Source of the DNA: Phyllobates terribilis
Lineage: Eukaryota
Assembly: GCF_046119375.1 (NCBI RefSeq)
Contig: NW_027362769.1
Coordinates: 278,442,001 to 278,506,000, forward strand
DNA: 64,000 nucleotides
Direction of reading: 5' to 3'
Below the pieces are notes generated by a model. That model was given only the letters and a program-made list of their open reading frames with translations. It had not been told where the DNA came from and made no database searches. Positions 50,011 to 61,488 of this stretch are shown piece after piece (position 1 is the first letter of the stretch; each line of letters starts with the position of its first letter). The position numbers were made by a program, and so were the translations under genes.

Positions 50011-50206
50011 AATCCCCTGTCTGGTAGTAGAAGGTGCCAACCCAGAGGGGGAGGACCTTTACTTTGTTTGTCTGATCTAAAGGCTATTTGCTTTTCTGTT
50101 TGGCTTCTGGGTTTATGAAGCAATAAACTCACATGAACTTTTAAAGGAACAAGCCTCATGTTTTCCTCCCGTCGCACCCAAGTGAGTAAAACCCCTACAA
50201 TGTATA

Positions 50207-50252
<46 letters not shown>

Positions 50253-50932
50253 GTATTTTCCATATGGTATCTAATGTATATACAGAAGAATAATAGACTA
50301 AATCCAGACAATTTAAATTTGTACAAAGCATATAATAAAACAAAAAGAGTAACAGGAATAATATAATTGGTAAACTGACAAAACGATATAGGGAATCATA
50401 TATAAAACTTATAGAGAAATGTAAGTGTAAACCTAAAACCTGGTCAGAATAAAAGGACTCACCAGTGACAGAAAGTTACAAGAAACCACAGTAACACCAG
50501 GGCAGCTAGCATGAGAGTAGACCTGTGTGCACAGGTAATATGGCAGCTGCTTTGGAAGCATGTCATGGCGAGGGTGTTCATTTAAATGGTACAGGACCGA
50601 AAATGGGTGTGGAAAGGGAGGCAGAGCCATCTGATATTATCATAAACCATACATGTGTGGCTAGAGCTTTGTGCACCATTAAGATAAAGTAAAGGTAAAA
50701 GATATGGATCGCATTAAGAAAAGAGGATCTTATTGTAAGAGGAAGAAAAAAAAAGAGTAATCTATGTGGTAGTGATGCAAATCGCGTCATAAATGGGCGT
50801 GTCTTCAGAGGAGGAAGAACCTCCGGTATAGAGGTGTGTCTGTACAATGACAGGAGCATGCAGATACCCAGTGAAACATATTGCGTCACTTGTAGGCGTG
50901 TCAATGTTTGGTGAATGAAAAGAGGTCTGTTA

Positions 50933-51300
50933 TCATAGAATGTTAGAGTTGAAAAGGACCTTCAGGGTCATCGTGTCCATCCCCTTGTTCAATGCAGGAT
51001 TCACTAAACCATCTCAGACAGATGTCTGCCCAGCCACTGTTTTAAGACTTCCATTGAAGGAGAACTCACCGCAGCCTGTTGCACTCATTGATCACCCTCA
51101 CTGTCAAAAAGTTTTTTTCTAATATCTAATCTGTATCTTTTCCCTTTCAGTTTCATTCCATTGTTTCTCATGTTTCCATGTGCAAATGAGAATAAGGATG
51201 ATCCCTCTACACGGTGACATCCTTTCAGATATTTGTAGACAGCTCTTAAGTCTCCTCTTAGCCTTTTTTTTGCAAGCTAAACATTCCCAATACTTTAACC
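50933..51300 (-). mobile_element. CR1 3'-end fragment
   Basis: atcatagaatgttagagttgaaaaggacc... 3' UTR and RT C-terminal remnant (VYKYLKG-like). Confidence 0.75.
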
Positions 51301-52799
51301 ATGGAAACCCCCCTCAAGTGACACCATTTTGGAAACTAGACCCCACAGGAAACTTATCTAGATGTGTGATGAGCACCTTGAACCCACAGGTGCTTCACAG
51401 AAGTTTATACCATTGAGCTGTGAAAATAAAAAAAAATCACATTTTTCCCACAAAAATGTTTTTTAGCCACCATTTTTTTAAATTTCACAAGGGTACCAGA
51501 AGAAAATGCACCCACATTTTTTTGTTCAATTTCCCCTGAGTATGTAGATACCCCATATGTGGGGGAAAACTACTGTTTGGGCGCACGACAGGGCTCAAAA
51601 AGGAAGGAGTGACATTTTGGAATGCAGACTTTGATGGAATGGTCTGCGGGTGTCATGTCGTATTTGGGGTGCCCAGGCCCCTGTTGTGCCTAAGCAGTGG
51701 AAAACCCTCACAAGTGACCCCGTTTTGAAAACTAGACCTCTCAAGGAATTTAGATGTGTGGTGAGCACCTTGAACCCACAGGTACTTCACAGAATTTTAC
51801 AATTAGTTCCAATTTTTTTTTTCATTTTCACAAGCATAGCAGGATAAAATGGACTCCAAAATTTGTTGTGCAATTTCTCCTGATTATGCTGATACTCCAT
51901 ATGTGGTCGAAAACTACTTTTGAGGCTGCGTACAAAGCTCAGAAGAGAAGTAGTGCCATATTGGAATTCAGATTTTGCTGGACTGGTTTGAGGGTGACAT
52001 GTCACATTGGCAGAGCCCCTGAGGTGCCAGAACAGCAGAACCTCCCATAAGAGACCCCATTTTACAAACTACACCTCTCAATGAATTCATCTAGGCGTGC
52101 AGTGGTCATATTGACATCACAGGTAGGTCACCGAATTTTATACTATTGGGCAGTGCAGAAAAAATACATTTTTACAACAAAAAAAATAGTTTTAGCCCCA
52201 TATTTTACATTTTCACACTGAATTGGGTAAAAATGGCACCAACATTTAAAAACTATTTTTGCTGAAAAATAATTACATTTTTATTACCAAAATTTTGTTT
52301 TAGCGTCAGATTGTACATTTTCACACTGGGAAATGGGTAAAAATGGCACCAAAATTTGTCCTACAATTATGTAGAAATACATGTGGCTGTACAGTACTGC
52401 TTAGCCACACGGCAAGACTCGAGAGGGACAGAGCACTAGTTGCTTCCTGGAGCGCAGATTTTTCTAGAATAGTTTGCAGACTCTACACAGAGCCCCTACG
52501 TGCTAAAAGAGCAGAATCCCCCCTCAAGTGACCCCATTTTGGAAATTATACCCCCTTTATCTACAGGTGTAGTGACGATTTTGACTCCATGGGTGTTTTC
52601 CAGAAACAAGCAGCAGTGATTGTTGCTGAGTGAAAATTGCAAACTGCCGTTGTAGTGACCAGTACGTTGTAGTGACCAGTATGTTATGCCCAGTTCGTGC
52701 TTCAGGAGACATGCACCCGTAAATTAGGTGGGCTCTCATCGCTACAGAAATGCCAAACATGTGGACGCAAAATGTGGTTTAGGCATACTGTGGGGGCCA

Positions 52800-53600
52800 C
52801 GCTGCCAAAATTGGGGGATAAGGGGGCCACACATACCAGGCTTGGGGGATGAGGAGGCCACACATACCAGGATAGGGGGATGCGGGGGGCCATGCATACC
52901 AGGATTGGGGGATGAGGAGGCAATACATACCACGATTGGGGGCTGAGGAGGCCATGCATACCAGGATTGGGGGATGAGGGTGTCATGCATACCAGGATTA
53001 CGGGATGTGGGAGGGCCATGCATACCAGGATTTGGGGATAAGGGGGCCATGCATACCAGGATTGAGGATGAGGGGTGCCATGCATACTAGGATTGGTGGA
53101 TGAGGGGAGTCACACATACCAGGATTGGGGGATGAGGGCGCCACGCGTACCAGGATTGTGGGATGAGGGGGCCATGTATACCAGGATTGGGGGATGACAG
53201 GGGCCATGCATACCAGGATTGGGGGATGAGGAGGCCATGCATACCAGGATTGGGGGATGAGGAGGCCATACATACCAGGATTGGAGGATGAGGGGGGCCA
53301 CACATACCAGGATTGGGGGATGAGGGGGCCACGCATACCAGGATTGGGGGATGAGGAGGCCATACATACCAGGATTGGAGGATGAGGGGGGCCTCGCATA
53401 CCAGGATTTGGGGATGAGGGAGCAATACATACTAGGATTGGGGGATGAGGTGTGCCATACGTACCAGGATTGAGGGATGAGGGGTGCCATACGTATCAGG
53501 ATTGGGGGATGAGAGTGTCATTCGTACCAGGATTGGGGGATAAGGGGTGCCATACGTACCAGGATTGGGGGATGAGGGGTGCCATACATACCAGGATAGG
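52800..53600. repeat. ~31-bp minisatellite gggggatgaggaggccatgcataccaggatt
   Basis: Period 31 (e.g. 53221 to 53252). Confidence 0.92.
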
Positions 53601-53679
53601 GAAATTTACCAGTTAGACGGTATTTTAAAATCATTGAGTACGTGGTGCCCATAATACTGCAGGACAGTGGGGTGCATTA

Positions 53680-54230
53680 TACTATATGGGGGCTGCATTT
53701 TACCCTATGGGGTGTGTAATATACTGTATGGAGGACTATGGGGAGTGCATTATATTCTATGGAGGACCATGGGAAGTTCATTATACTATATGGAAGATTA
53801 TGGGGGGCACATTATACTATATGGAGGATTATGGGGGGCACATTATACTATATGGAAGGCTATGTGGGCCATTATAATATTTTGAGGGCTATGTGGGGGA
53901 CCATTATACTGAATGAAAGCAATTATACGGTGTGAAGGTTTGTGTGGGGTCCATCATACTGTTTGGAGGCCTGTGTGTGGGCCATTATGCTGTTTGGAGG
54001 GCTATTGCGGGCCATTATACTCATTATATAGTATGTAAGCATGTAAACCCATTATACTCTATGGAGGGCAGTGTGGGAGTCACAGTTGGGGGATCATACT
54101 GTGTTAGGGTCACCATACTTTGCCTTGGGAGTTGAAGTAGGGTGCAGTAGGGTCATTATACTGTGCATGTGGAGGAATGCACCATGGGGGTATCATACTG
54201 TGTTTGGGGGGCACTTTAATTGGCATCATA
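53680..54230. repeat. Degenerate ~31-bp minisatellite ggggggcacattatactatatggaggattat
   Basis: Direct inspection; diverges rightward. Confidence 0.8.
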
Positions 54231-54900
54231 CTTTATGGGGGTAATGAAAGAGGGATAAGAGGGATCTAGGACTTCAGCAGGAGGAAAATTACTAAGTAAA
54301 GGCTGGAAAGTTGTGAGATATGCTCTTCTGTGACACAGACAAGTATTTACTAATTTTTTTTTGGGGGGGGGCAATTAGACCTTCTGCTATGGGGCCCCAT
54401 GATTTCTATCTACGCCCCTGATTAGCGGTCATGTGCCCGGAAAAGTGTGGGCTCATCGCTGGAGCCCGTGCCAAAGCGCGAGACACGACATGTGCCATAC
54501 ATGTACGGCACATGTCGTGAAGGGGTTAAAGGGATATTAAAAATGTATGAGACACAAGACACTCATAGCTGATGAGAATAATGGACAGCATAATACTTAT
54601 TTTCAAATTACATGAAAATGATAAAAAATGTAAAGATAAGTAGTAATATATTATACCATATACAGTCTAGATGTTACAGATGTGTGTTTCACCAGCTAAG
54701 CTGGCTTCTAGGGGCAGAGCCTGCTGGACATGCCGTCTTTTTGTAGGTCAAATTCGGATTGACAGGTCTCACAACAAATCAGGTTGACCTGCACTATGTC
54801 AAATGAGCTAAACAAAAGAAATCTATTACTCTGTAATCAGATGAAGGATAAATTGGAGTTTTATTCTTATTTAATACCATTATGGATTAAAGTTCTTTAA

Positions 54901-55915
54901 AGCGAACCTGTCAGCAGGATTTTGCTAAGTAAACTACAGGCAATGTCATGTTGAGGCTGCTGCATTGATTAATATGATACCTGAGGTGAAGAAATCCACT
55001 ATAGAGTTCAATATAAACGCATCACCCTCACCCACAAAGCACTCCATGCTTCAGCACCGCCCTACATCTCCTCTCTCGTCTCAGTCTACCACCCTACCCG
55101 TGCCCTCTGTTCTGCTAATGACCTAAGATTAACATCCTCAATTATCCAAACCTCCCATTCCCGTTTCCAAAACTTCTCACGTGCTGCGCCAGTTCTTTGG
55201 AATGCACTACCCAGGACTCTTCGATTAATCCCCAATACCCACTGTTTTAAGCGTGCCCTAAAAACGCATTTCTTTAGACTGGCCTATCACCTCACCTCAC
55301 CTATCTAACTATCCTTTCTCCCCCCCCCCCATACAAAACTTCCTTCCAAATCAGGTCCCTCGTATCTTCTGTTCACACACCCCATTACTTAGTAGACTAC
55401 TGTGTCTGTACTTTTTCAAATACTGGTTGGTGACTGGTTCATTTAGCATTAAGTGATTACCCTTTTTATTACATTGAGTGTTGATTGTACACTACAAGCA
55501 ATTGTTACCATCCACCTTTCGTGTCTCCCCTATTTCCTCATAGATTGTAAGCTTGCGAGCAGGGTCCTCACTGATTTATGTGATTATTGTTATTTTGTAA
55601 TGTCTTTTATTGTCTGTACAAGTCCCCTCTAAAATGTAAAGTGCTGAGGAATATGTTGGCGCTATAGATATATTATTATTAAATCCGTCTTCTGGTTCTT
55701 GTGTAATCAGTGTTTGCAGTTTTGAGTTAATGATATGTCCGTGCTCCAGGTTAGGACTGTAGGCAGGGTCTTATACTGTGCTCTAGGCCAGATCAGCAAG
55801 AAAAGACCTGCCCACAGGCTCTCCCTGAAGCACAAGTATGTTCCTCATCATAGAGACAGCCAGACAGAGACAGATAAGGCTGGGCCTGTGGGAAGATCTA
55901 GGCAATGCTGACAGC
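54901..55915. mobile_element. Kolobok/T2-type MITE remnant split by L2
   Basis: TTAA|agcgaacctgtcagcagg; right end degenerate (ctgacag ~55908). Confidence 0.55.
54998..55680 (+). mobile_element. L2 LINE 3' fragment, possible aaatcc TSD
   Basis: KRITLTHKALH..LWNALP..FKRALKTHFFRLAY; agattgtaagcttgcgagcaggg; (att)n tail; aaatcc at 54992-54997 and 55681-55686. Confidence 0.85.
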
Positions 55916-56334
55916 CTCCAAACGTTTCTTGTAGCCATCTGTGACAAATGGCACCAGAGAGATCCCACAGAATCCCACCGCTGCCACCACATGTGAAGAA
56001 TGGCACCAGGGAGACCCCACAGAATCCATCCGCTGCCACCACTTGTGAAGAATGCACACCTAGCCACCTGCCTGATGTCACAGTTATGTCAGACGGATCA
56101 CGTGATCTGCCCTTTGCACCAACGTGATATTCCACAACCACAACGTGTAAAGTCAGATTGGTACAGTCCTACACAGACACCCCCTATCCACACAGGTACA
56201 GAAAGGCACCGGGAGTGAGAAGAGGTGGCCCACTCAGTCACTGACATGGCACCACACTTACTTACACCCCTGACAGGCTGAGAGGCCCCTTCACTACCCC
56301 CAGTGAAGCAGAACCTTGTTGGCCTGGTAGAGCT

Positions 56335-58580
56335 GCCACCAGTTCCTATTAAATATAATTCCCGCTAGCGGACTGGGGGATTATATCGGGCCAGGAACCA
56401 GCCCCGGTTGCGTGTTCGTGGGACCGAACAAAGGACCTGAGAGTTCATGGATCGAGATAAAAGAGCAGCCCAAGGTTAAATTATATACACTGCTCAAAAA
56501 AATAAAGGGAACCCTCAAATAACACATCCTAGATCTAAATGAATGAAATATTCTCATTGAATACTTTGTTCTGTACAAAGTTGAATGTGCTGACAACAAA
56601 ATCACGCAAAAATCATCAATGGAAATCAAATGGAGGCCTGGATTTGGAGTAACCCCCAAAATTAAAGTGGCAACACACACTACAGGCTGATCCAACTTTG
56701 ATGTAATGTCCTTGAAACAAGTCAAAATGAGGCTCAGTATTGTGCGTGGCCTCCACGTGCCTGTATGACCTCCCTACAACGCCTGGGCATGCTCCTGATG
56801 AGGTTGCGGATGGTCTCCTGTGGGATCTCCTCTCAGACCTGGACTAAAGCATCCGCCAACTCCTGGACAGTCTATGGTGCAGCGTGACGTTGGTGGATGG
56901 AGCGAGACATGATGTCCCAGATGTGCTCATTCGGATTCAGGTCTGGGGAACGAGCGACCAGTCCATAGCTTCAATGCCTTCATCTTGCAGGAACTGCTGA
57001 CACACTTCAGCCACATGAGGTCTGGCATTGTCCTGCATTAGGAGGAACCCAGGGCCAACCGCACCAGCATATGGTCTCACAAGGGGTCTGAGGATCTCAT
57101 CTCGGTACCTAATGGTAGTCAGGCTACCTCTGGCGAGCACATGGAGGGCTATGCGGCCCTCCAAAGAAATGGCACCCCACACCATTATTGACCCACTGCC
57201 AAACCGGTCATGCTGAAGGATGTTGCAAGCAGCAGATCGCTCTCCACAACGTCTCCAGACTCTGTCACGTCTGTCACATGTGCTCAGTGTGAACCTGCTT
57301 TCATCTGTGAAGAGCACAGGGCGCCAGTGGCGACTTTGCCAATCCTGGTGTTCTGTGGCAAATGCCAAGCATCCTGCACGGTGTTGGACTGTGAGCACAA
57401 CCCCCATCTGTGGACGTCGGGCCCTCATACCACCCTCATGGAGTCGGTTTCTAACCGTTTGTGCAGACACATGCACATTTGTGCCCCTTCCTGATTTTTT
57501 GTGGCCTGCTGGAGGTCATTTTGCAGGGCTCTGGCAGTGCTCCTCCTGTTCATCCTTGCACAAAGGCGGAGGTAGCGGTCCTGCTGCTGGGTTGTTGCCC
57601 TCCTACGGCCCCCTCCATGTCTCCTGGTGTACTGGCCTGTCTCCTGGTAGCGCCTCCAGCCTCTGGACACTACGCTGACAGACACAGCAAACCTTCTTGC
57701 CACAGCTCGCATTGATGTGCCATCCTTGAAAAGCTGCACTAACTGAGCAACTTCTGTGGGTTGTAGAGTCCGTCTCATGCTACCTCGAGTGTGAAAGCAC
57801 AACCAACATTCAAAAGTGACCAAAACATCAGCCTGAAAGCATTGGTACTGAGATGTGGTCTGTGGTCCCCACCTGCAGAACCACTCCTTTATTGAGGGTG
57901 TCTTGATAATTGCCAATAATTTCCATCTATTGTCTATACCATTTGCACAATAGCATGTGAAATTGATTGTCAATCAGTGTTGCTTTCTAAGTGGACAGTT
58001 TGATTTCACAGAAGTATGATTTACTTGGAGTTATATTCTGTTGTTTAAGTGATCCCTTTATTTTTTTGACCAGTGTATTTAATCGCCTTAAGTGCACACT
58101 AGACAATACACTATATACATAAGGGTTATACATACATAATGGTCAGATATGCAAGCACAATAGCAGTGGTACAAAAGATTTAAGCAGTTATTAAGAGTCA
58201 GTTACCAGTCAGATGGAAGGCATGGCTTGCGGGGGAGGGTCTGCCACATGGGAAGCTGGTGGTCCCCTTTGTTGCAGGTCTTCTCCCACACGATGTGTCG
58301 TCGCGACCTCCCAGGGAAAAAGACACTGGGCTATAGTTGCTGGAGTTCTTAACCCCTCTGGGTCAATCCCCCTCCTGCCCGCTGGCTGGACCTAAATCTC
58401 TACCCCTGGTCTCTCTCAGCTACAAACTCCAAAAACTAAAATGGGCTATACTTCCATGATGGATGGTCCTAGGCAGCCGGTTCTGGTGTCATCAGCCAGG
58501 CCCCTGCTACGCAGGGAGACCAAACACAGGGGCCCTAGGGGTTTCCGAAAGGCTGTGTTGTGTATCTCCCCATCCTTACA
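56335..58580 (-). mobile_element. Probable Gypsy LTR plus PBS remnant interrupted by Tc1
   Basis: Minus strand starts tgtaaggatgggg (58580); tggtggcagc PBS-like motif at ~56331-56341; no coding remnant recognised. Confidence 0.4.
56488..58075 (-). mobile_element. Tc1 transposon, 1588 bp, TA TSD, frameshifted transposase
   Basis: TA|cactgctcaaaaaaataaaggga ... tccctttatttttttgaccagtg|TA; FTDES, MQDNARPH, PDLNPIEH in split frames. Confidence 0.93.
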
Positions 58581-58744
58581 GGGGGTCTTCCTGTGGCAGC
58601 TCCACAGCAGATGGTGGGGGTTTTATCACTCACTATCCCTCAGCCTCCTCCCTTATTGTTTAGCTGCAAAAGTGTCCAGTTACAGGTGTACATTGTAGAC
58701 GTCTATAATCCCCTGTCAAACAGGGCACAATGATTGACGTAGGA

Positions 58745-59526
<782 letters not shown>

Positions 59527-59748
59527 TGTAACATACCTGGCGGCGCCCTTGCATGGTGGTCCATCTCCCACTGTGCAAGAGCGAGCACTTGATCTCCAGT
59601 CCAGAATGTCTCTCTGGCTTCCCTCCATGCTGTCTGTTTGTGTCTGTTTCTGCTGCTTAAGGGCGGCGCCCGATCACTTCCTGCTTTTTGTACCTGCTGT
59701 GGGTCACACCCCTTGTGCGTCCTCAGCCTATTGCTGTCTGTCACCTGG

Positions 59749-59788
59749 TATATAACCCAGCTGCTCCAATCAATCCCTGCCTGAGCAT
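59749..59788 (+). promoter_or_regulatory. LTR TATA box and predicted transcript 5' end
   Basis: TATATAA at 59749-59755; gcctgagcat begins 30 nt downstream (59779). Confidence 0.65.
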
Positions 59789-59882
59789 TGTGCTTCATTC
59801 AGTGTGTGCTTGCACTCTGAAGGTGCCAGGTCCCGTTCTGTGTTTCTCTTGTCTGCCTATCCTGGAGGCTGTATTTCCAGGC

Positions 59883-60890
59883 CTGTCTGAACACGCTCCT
59901 AGCCTGTTCCTCCCGCCTTCTAGGGGCCGATTACCTAGACTCGCTCCTGTATCTTGTCTGTCCTGTCTGAACACGCTCCTAGCCTGTTCCCCCCGCCTTC
60001 TAGGGGCCGATTACCTAGACCCGCTCCTGTATCTTGTCTGTCCTGTCTGAACACGCTCCTAGCCTGTTCCTCCCGCCTTCTAGGGGCAGATTACCTAGAC
60101 CCGCTCCTGTATCTTGTCTGTCCTGTCTGAACACGCTCCTTGCCTGTTCGTCCCGCCTCTCTGGGGGCCGTATTCCCAGACCCGCTCCTGTATCCCGCTG
60201 CAGTGTCGGTCTCTTCCGTACACTCAGTTCCAGTCTGAACTCTCTCCTATCCTTTACCTGTTTTGCCTCTATGTCCATTCCTTTCCTTTTTCTGCAGAGT
60301 CTGAACTCGTACCTAACTCCTGCTTGTTGTCTCTGTACTCCCGTTTGTGAGTTTGTGGTCCACTCGCTGCTTCACTGCGGGTGCCCTGTTGGTGTCTGGC
60401 TCTGCCTTTCCCTTCCTGTCTGTTCCGTGTGAACTGAGCCCTGTCCGTCCTGCTCTGACTCCTTGCTCACTGCTCTGGCAGCCTTGCTCCGCTCTGACCC
60501 TTTTGCTCACTGCTCCGGCAGCCTTGCTCCGCTCTGACCCTTTTGCTCACTGCTCCGGCAGCCTTGCTCCGCTCTGACCCTTTTGCTCACTGCTCCGGCA
60601 GTCTCGTCCTGCTCTGCTCTTGCTCACCGCTCCAGGCGGTCTCGTCCTGCCCTGCTCTTGCTCACCGCTCCAGGCGGTCTCGTCCTGCCCTGCTCTTGCT
60701 CACCGCTCCGGGCGGTCTCGTCCTGCCCTGCTCTTGCTCACCGCTCCGGGCGGTCTCGTCCTGCCCTGCTCTTGCTCACCGCTCCGGGCGGTCTCGTCCT
60801 GCCCTGCTCTTGCTCACCGCTCCGGGCGGTCTCGTCCTGCCCTGCTCTTGCTCACCGCTCCGGGCGGTCTCGTCCTGCCCTGCTCTCGCT
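59883..60890. repeat. Tandem repeats within the LTR: 80-bp x4 (59883-60190), 40-bp x3 and 38-bp x~7 (60480-60890)
   Basis: Anchors at 59883/59963/60043/60123; 60481/60521/60561; 60601/60639/60677... Confidence 0.9.
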
Positions 60891-61349
60891 CACCTCTCTG
60901 GGCGGCCTCACTCTGCTGTGTTTGTCCGCCACATCTGTGGTTCTGTTCCAGAGTCCCAGTGTGTACTGGGTCCTATCCCGCCTGTGTTCCTACCTGCTAG
61001 TGCCTTCCTGTCTGCACTCTAGCCGTGCTTGCCTGTACCCCCCTGCCTGCATACCCGCCTGCCTGCATACCAGTCGTGCCTGCCTATTCCCACCAGTCTG
61101 TGTGTCAGCCTAACCAGTCTGTTCCTGTATTCCCCTGTGTGGGTCAACAGCCGTGTCCGGGGTCTGTCCTGGAGTAGCACCTGGTCCCTCTGCTCGGTTC
61201 CTCCTTGGTGCACTGGCGTCGTATGCCGTCGTGCGACCCTGGTCGGATCGGGTGAATACCTAGTTACGCCCCTCCAGGCATTCACTCTCCGGCACGGACC
61301 AGTGGAATCACACGCACACGCCGCTCAGCCCGGGCGTGTGCATTACAGC

Positions 61350-61359
61350 ATGCTCAGGC
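61350..61359 (+). promoter_or_regulatory. Self-priming-type PBS
   Basis: atgctcaggc, 2 nt after the LTR end, is the exact reverse complement of 59779-59788; no TGG tRNA-type PBS present. Confidence 0.7.
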
Positions 61360-61488
61360 CATGGTTCCCGTTGAGCCCCACGGCCTTCGCTCTCTGAGAC
61401 GTTTTCCAGCGAATACATGCATTAAAAATAAATAAATACAATTTTTTTTTCTCTAGCTGAGTTCCTGGCTAATTACGCACCCGTCCAG

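Larger units (their letters stand above)
44756..50199 (+). mobile_element. Gmr1-like Ty3/Gypsy LTR retrotransposon (SCAN-gag, PR-INT-RT-RH order), degenerate, with partial LTRs
   Basis: tgtaa...ccctaca termini embedded in (TA)n; domain order read from the ORFs; PPT agagggggagga at ~50045. Confidence 0.88.
51301..54525. mobile_element. Truncated piggyBac-like non-autonomous element related to 27186-37305, with nested minisatellite-bearing segment
   Basis: caagtgaccccattttggaaactagac units (reverse of the 35600-36900 units); ends aagggg|TTAA at 54525-54529; ctacgcccctg end of a nested element at ~54420. Confidence 0.7.

Noticed and set aside
50250-50930. Possible Penelope-like terminal-repeat remnant (reverse ggtgagtcc donor at ~50454)
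   Set aside because: No TSD, coding remnant or ribozyme core found; left unclassified.
52702-53935. Pro/His- and Gly/Tyr-rich ORFs
   Set aside because: Translations of 31-bp minisatellites.
61348-61365. tRNA-type primer binding site
   Set aside because: Does not begin with TGG; better explained by complementarity to the LTR's own predicted 5' end.
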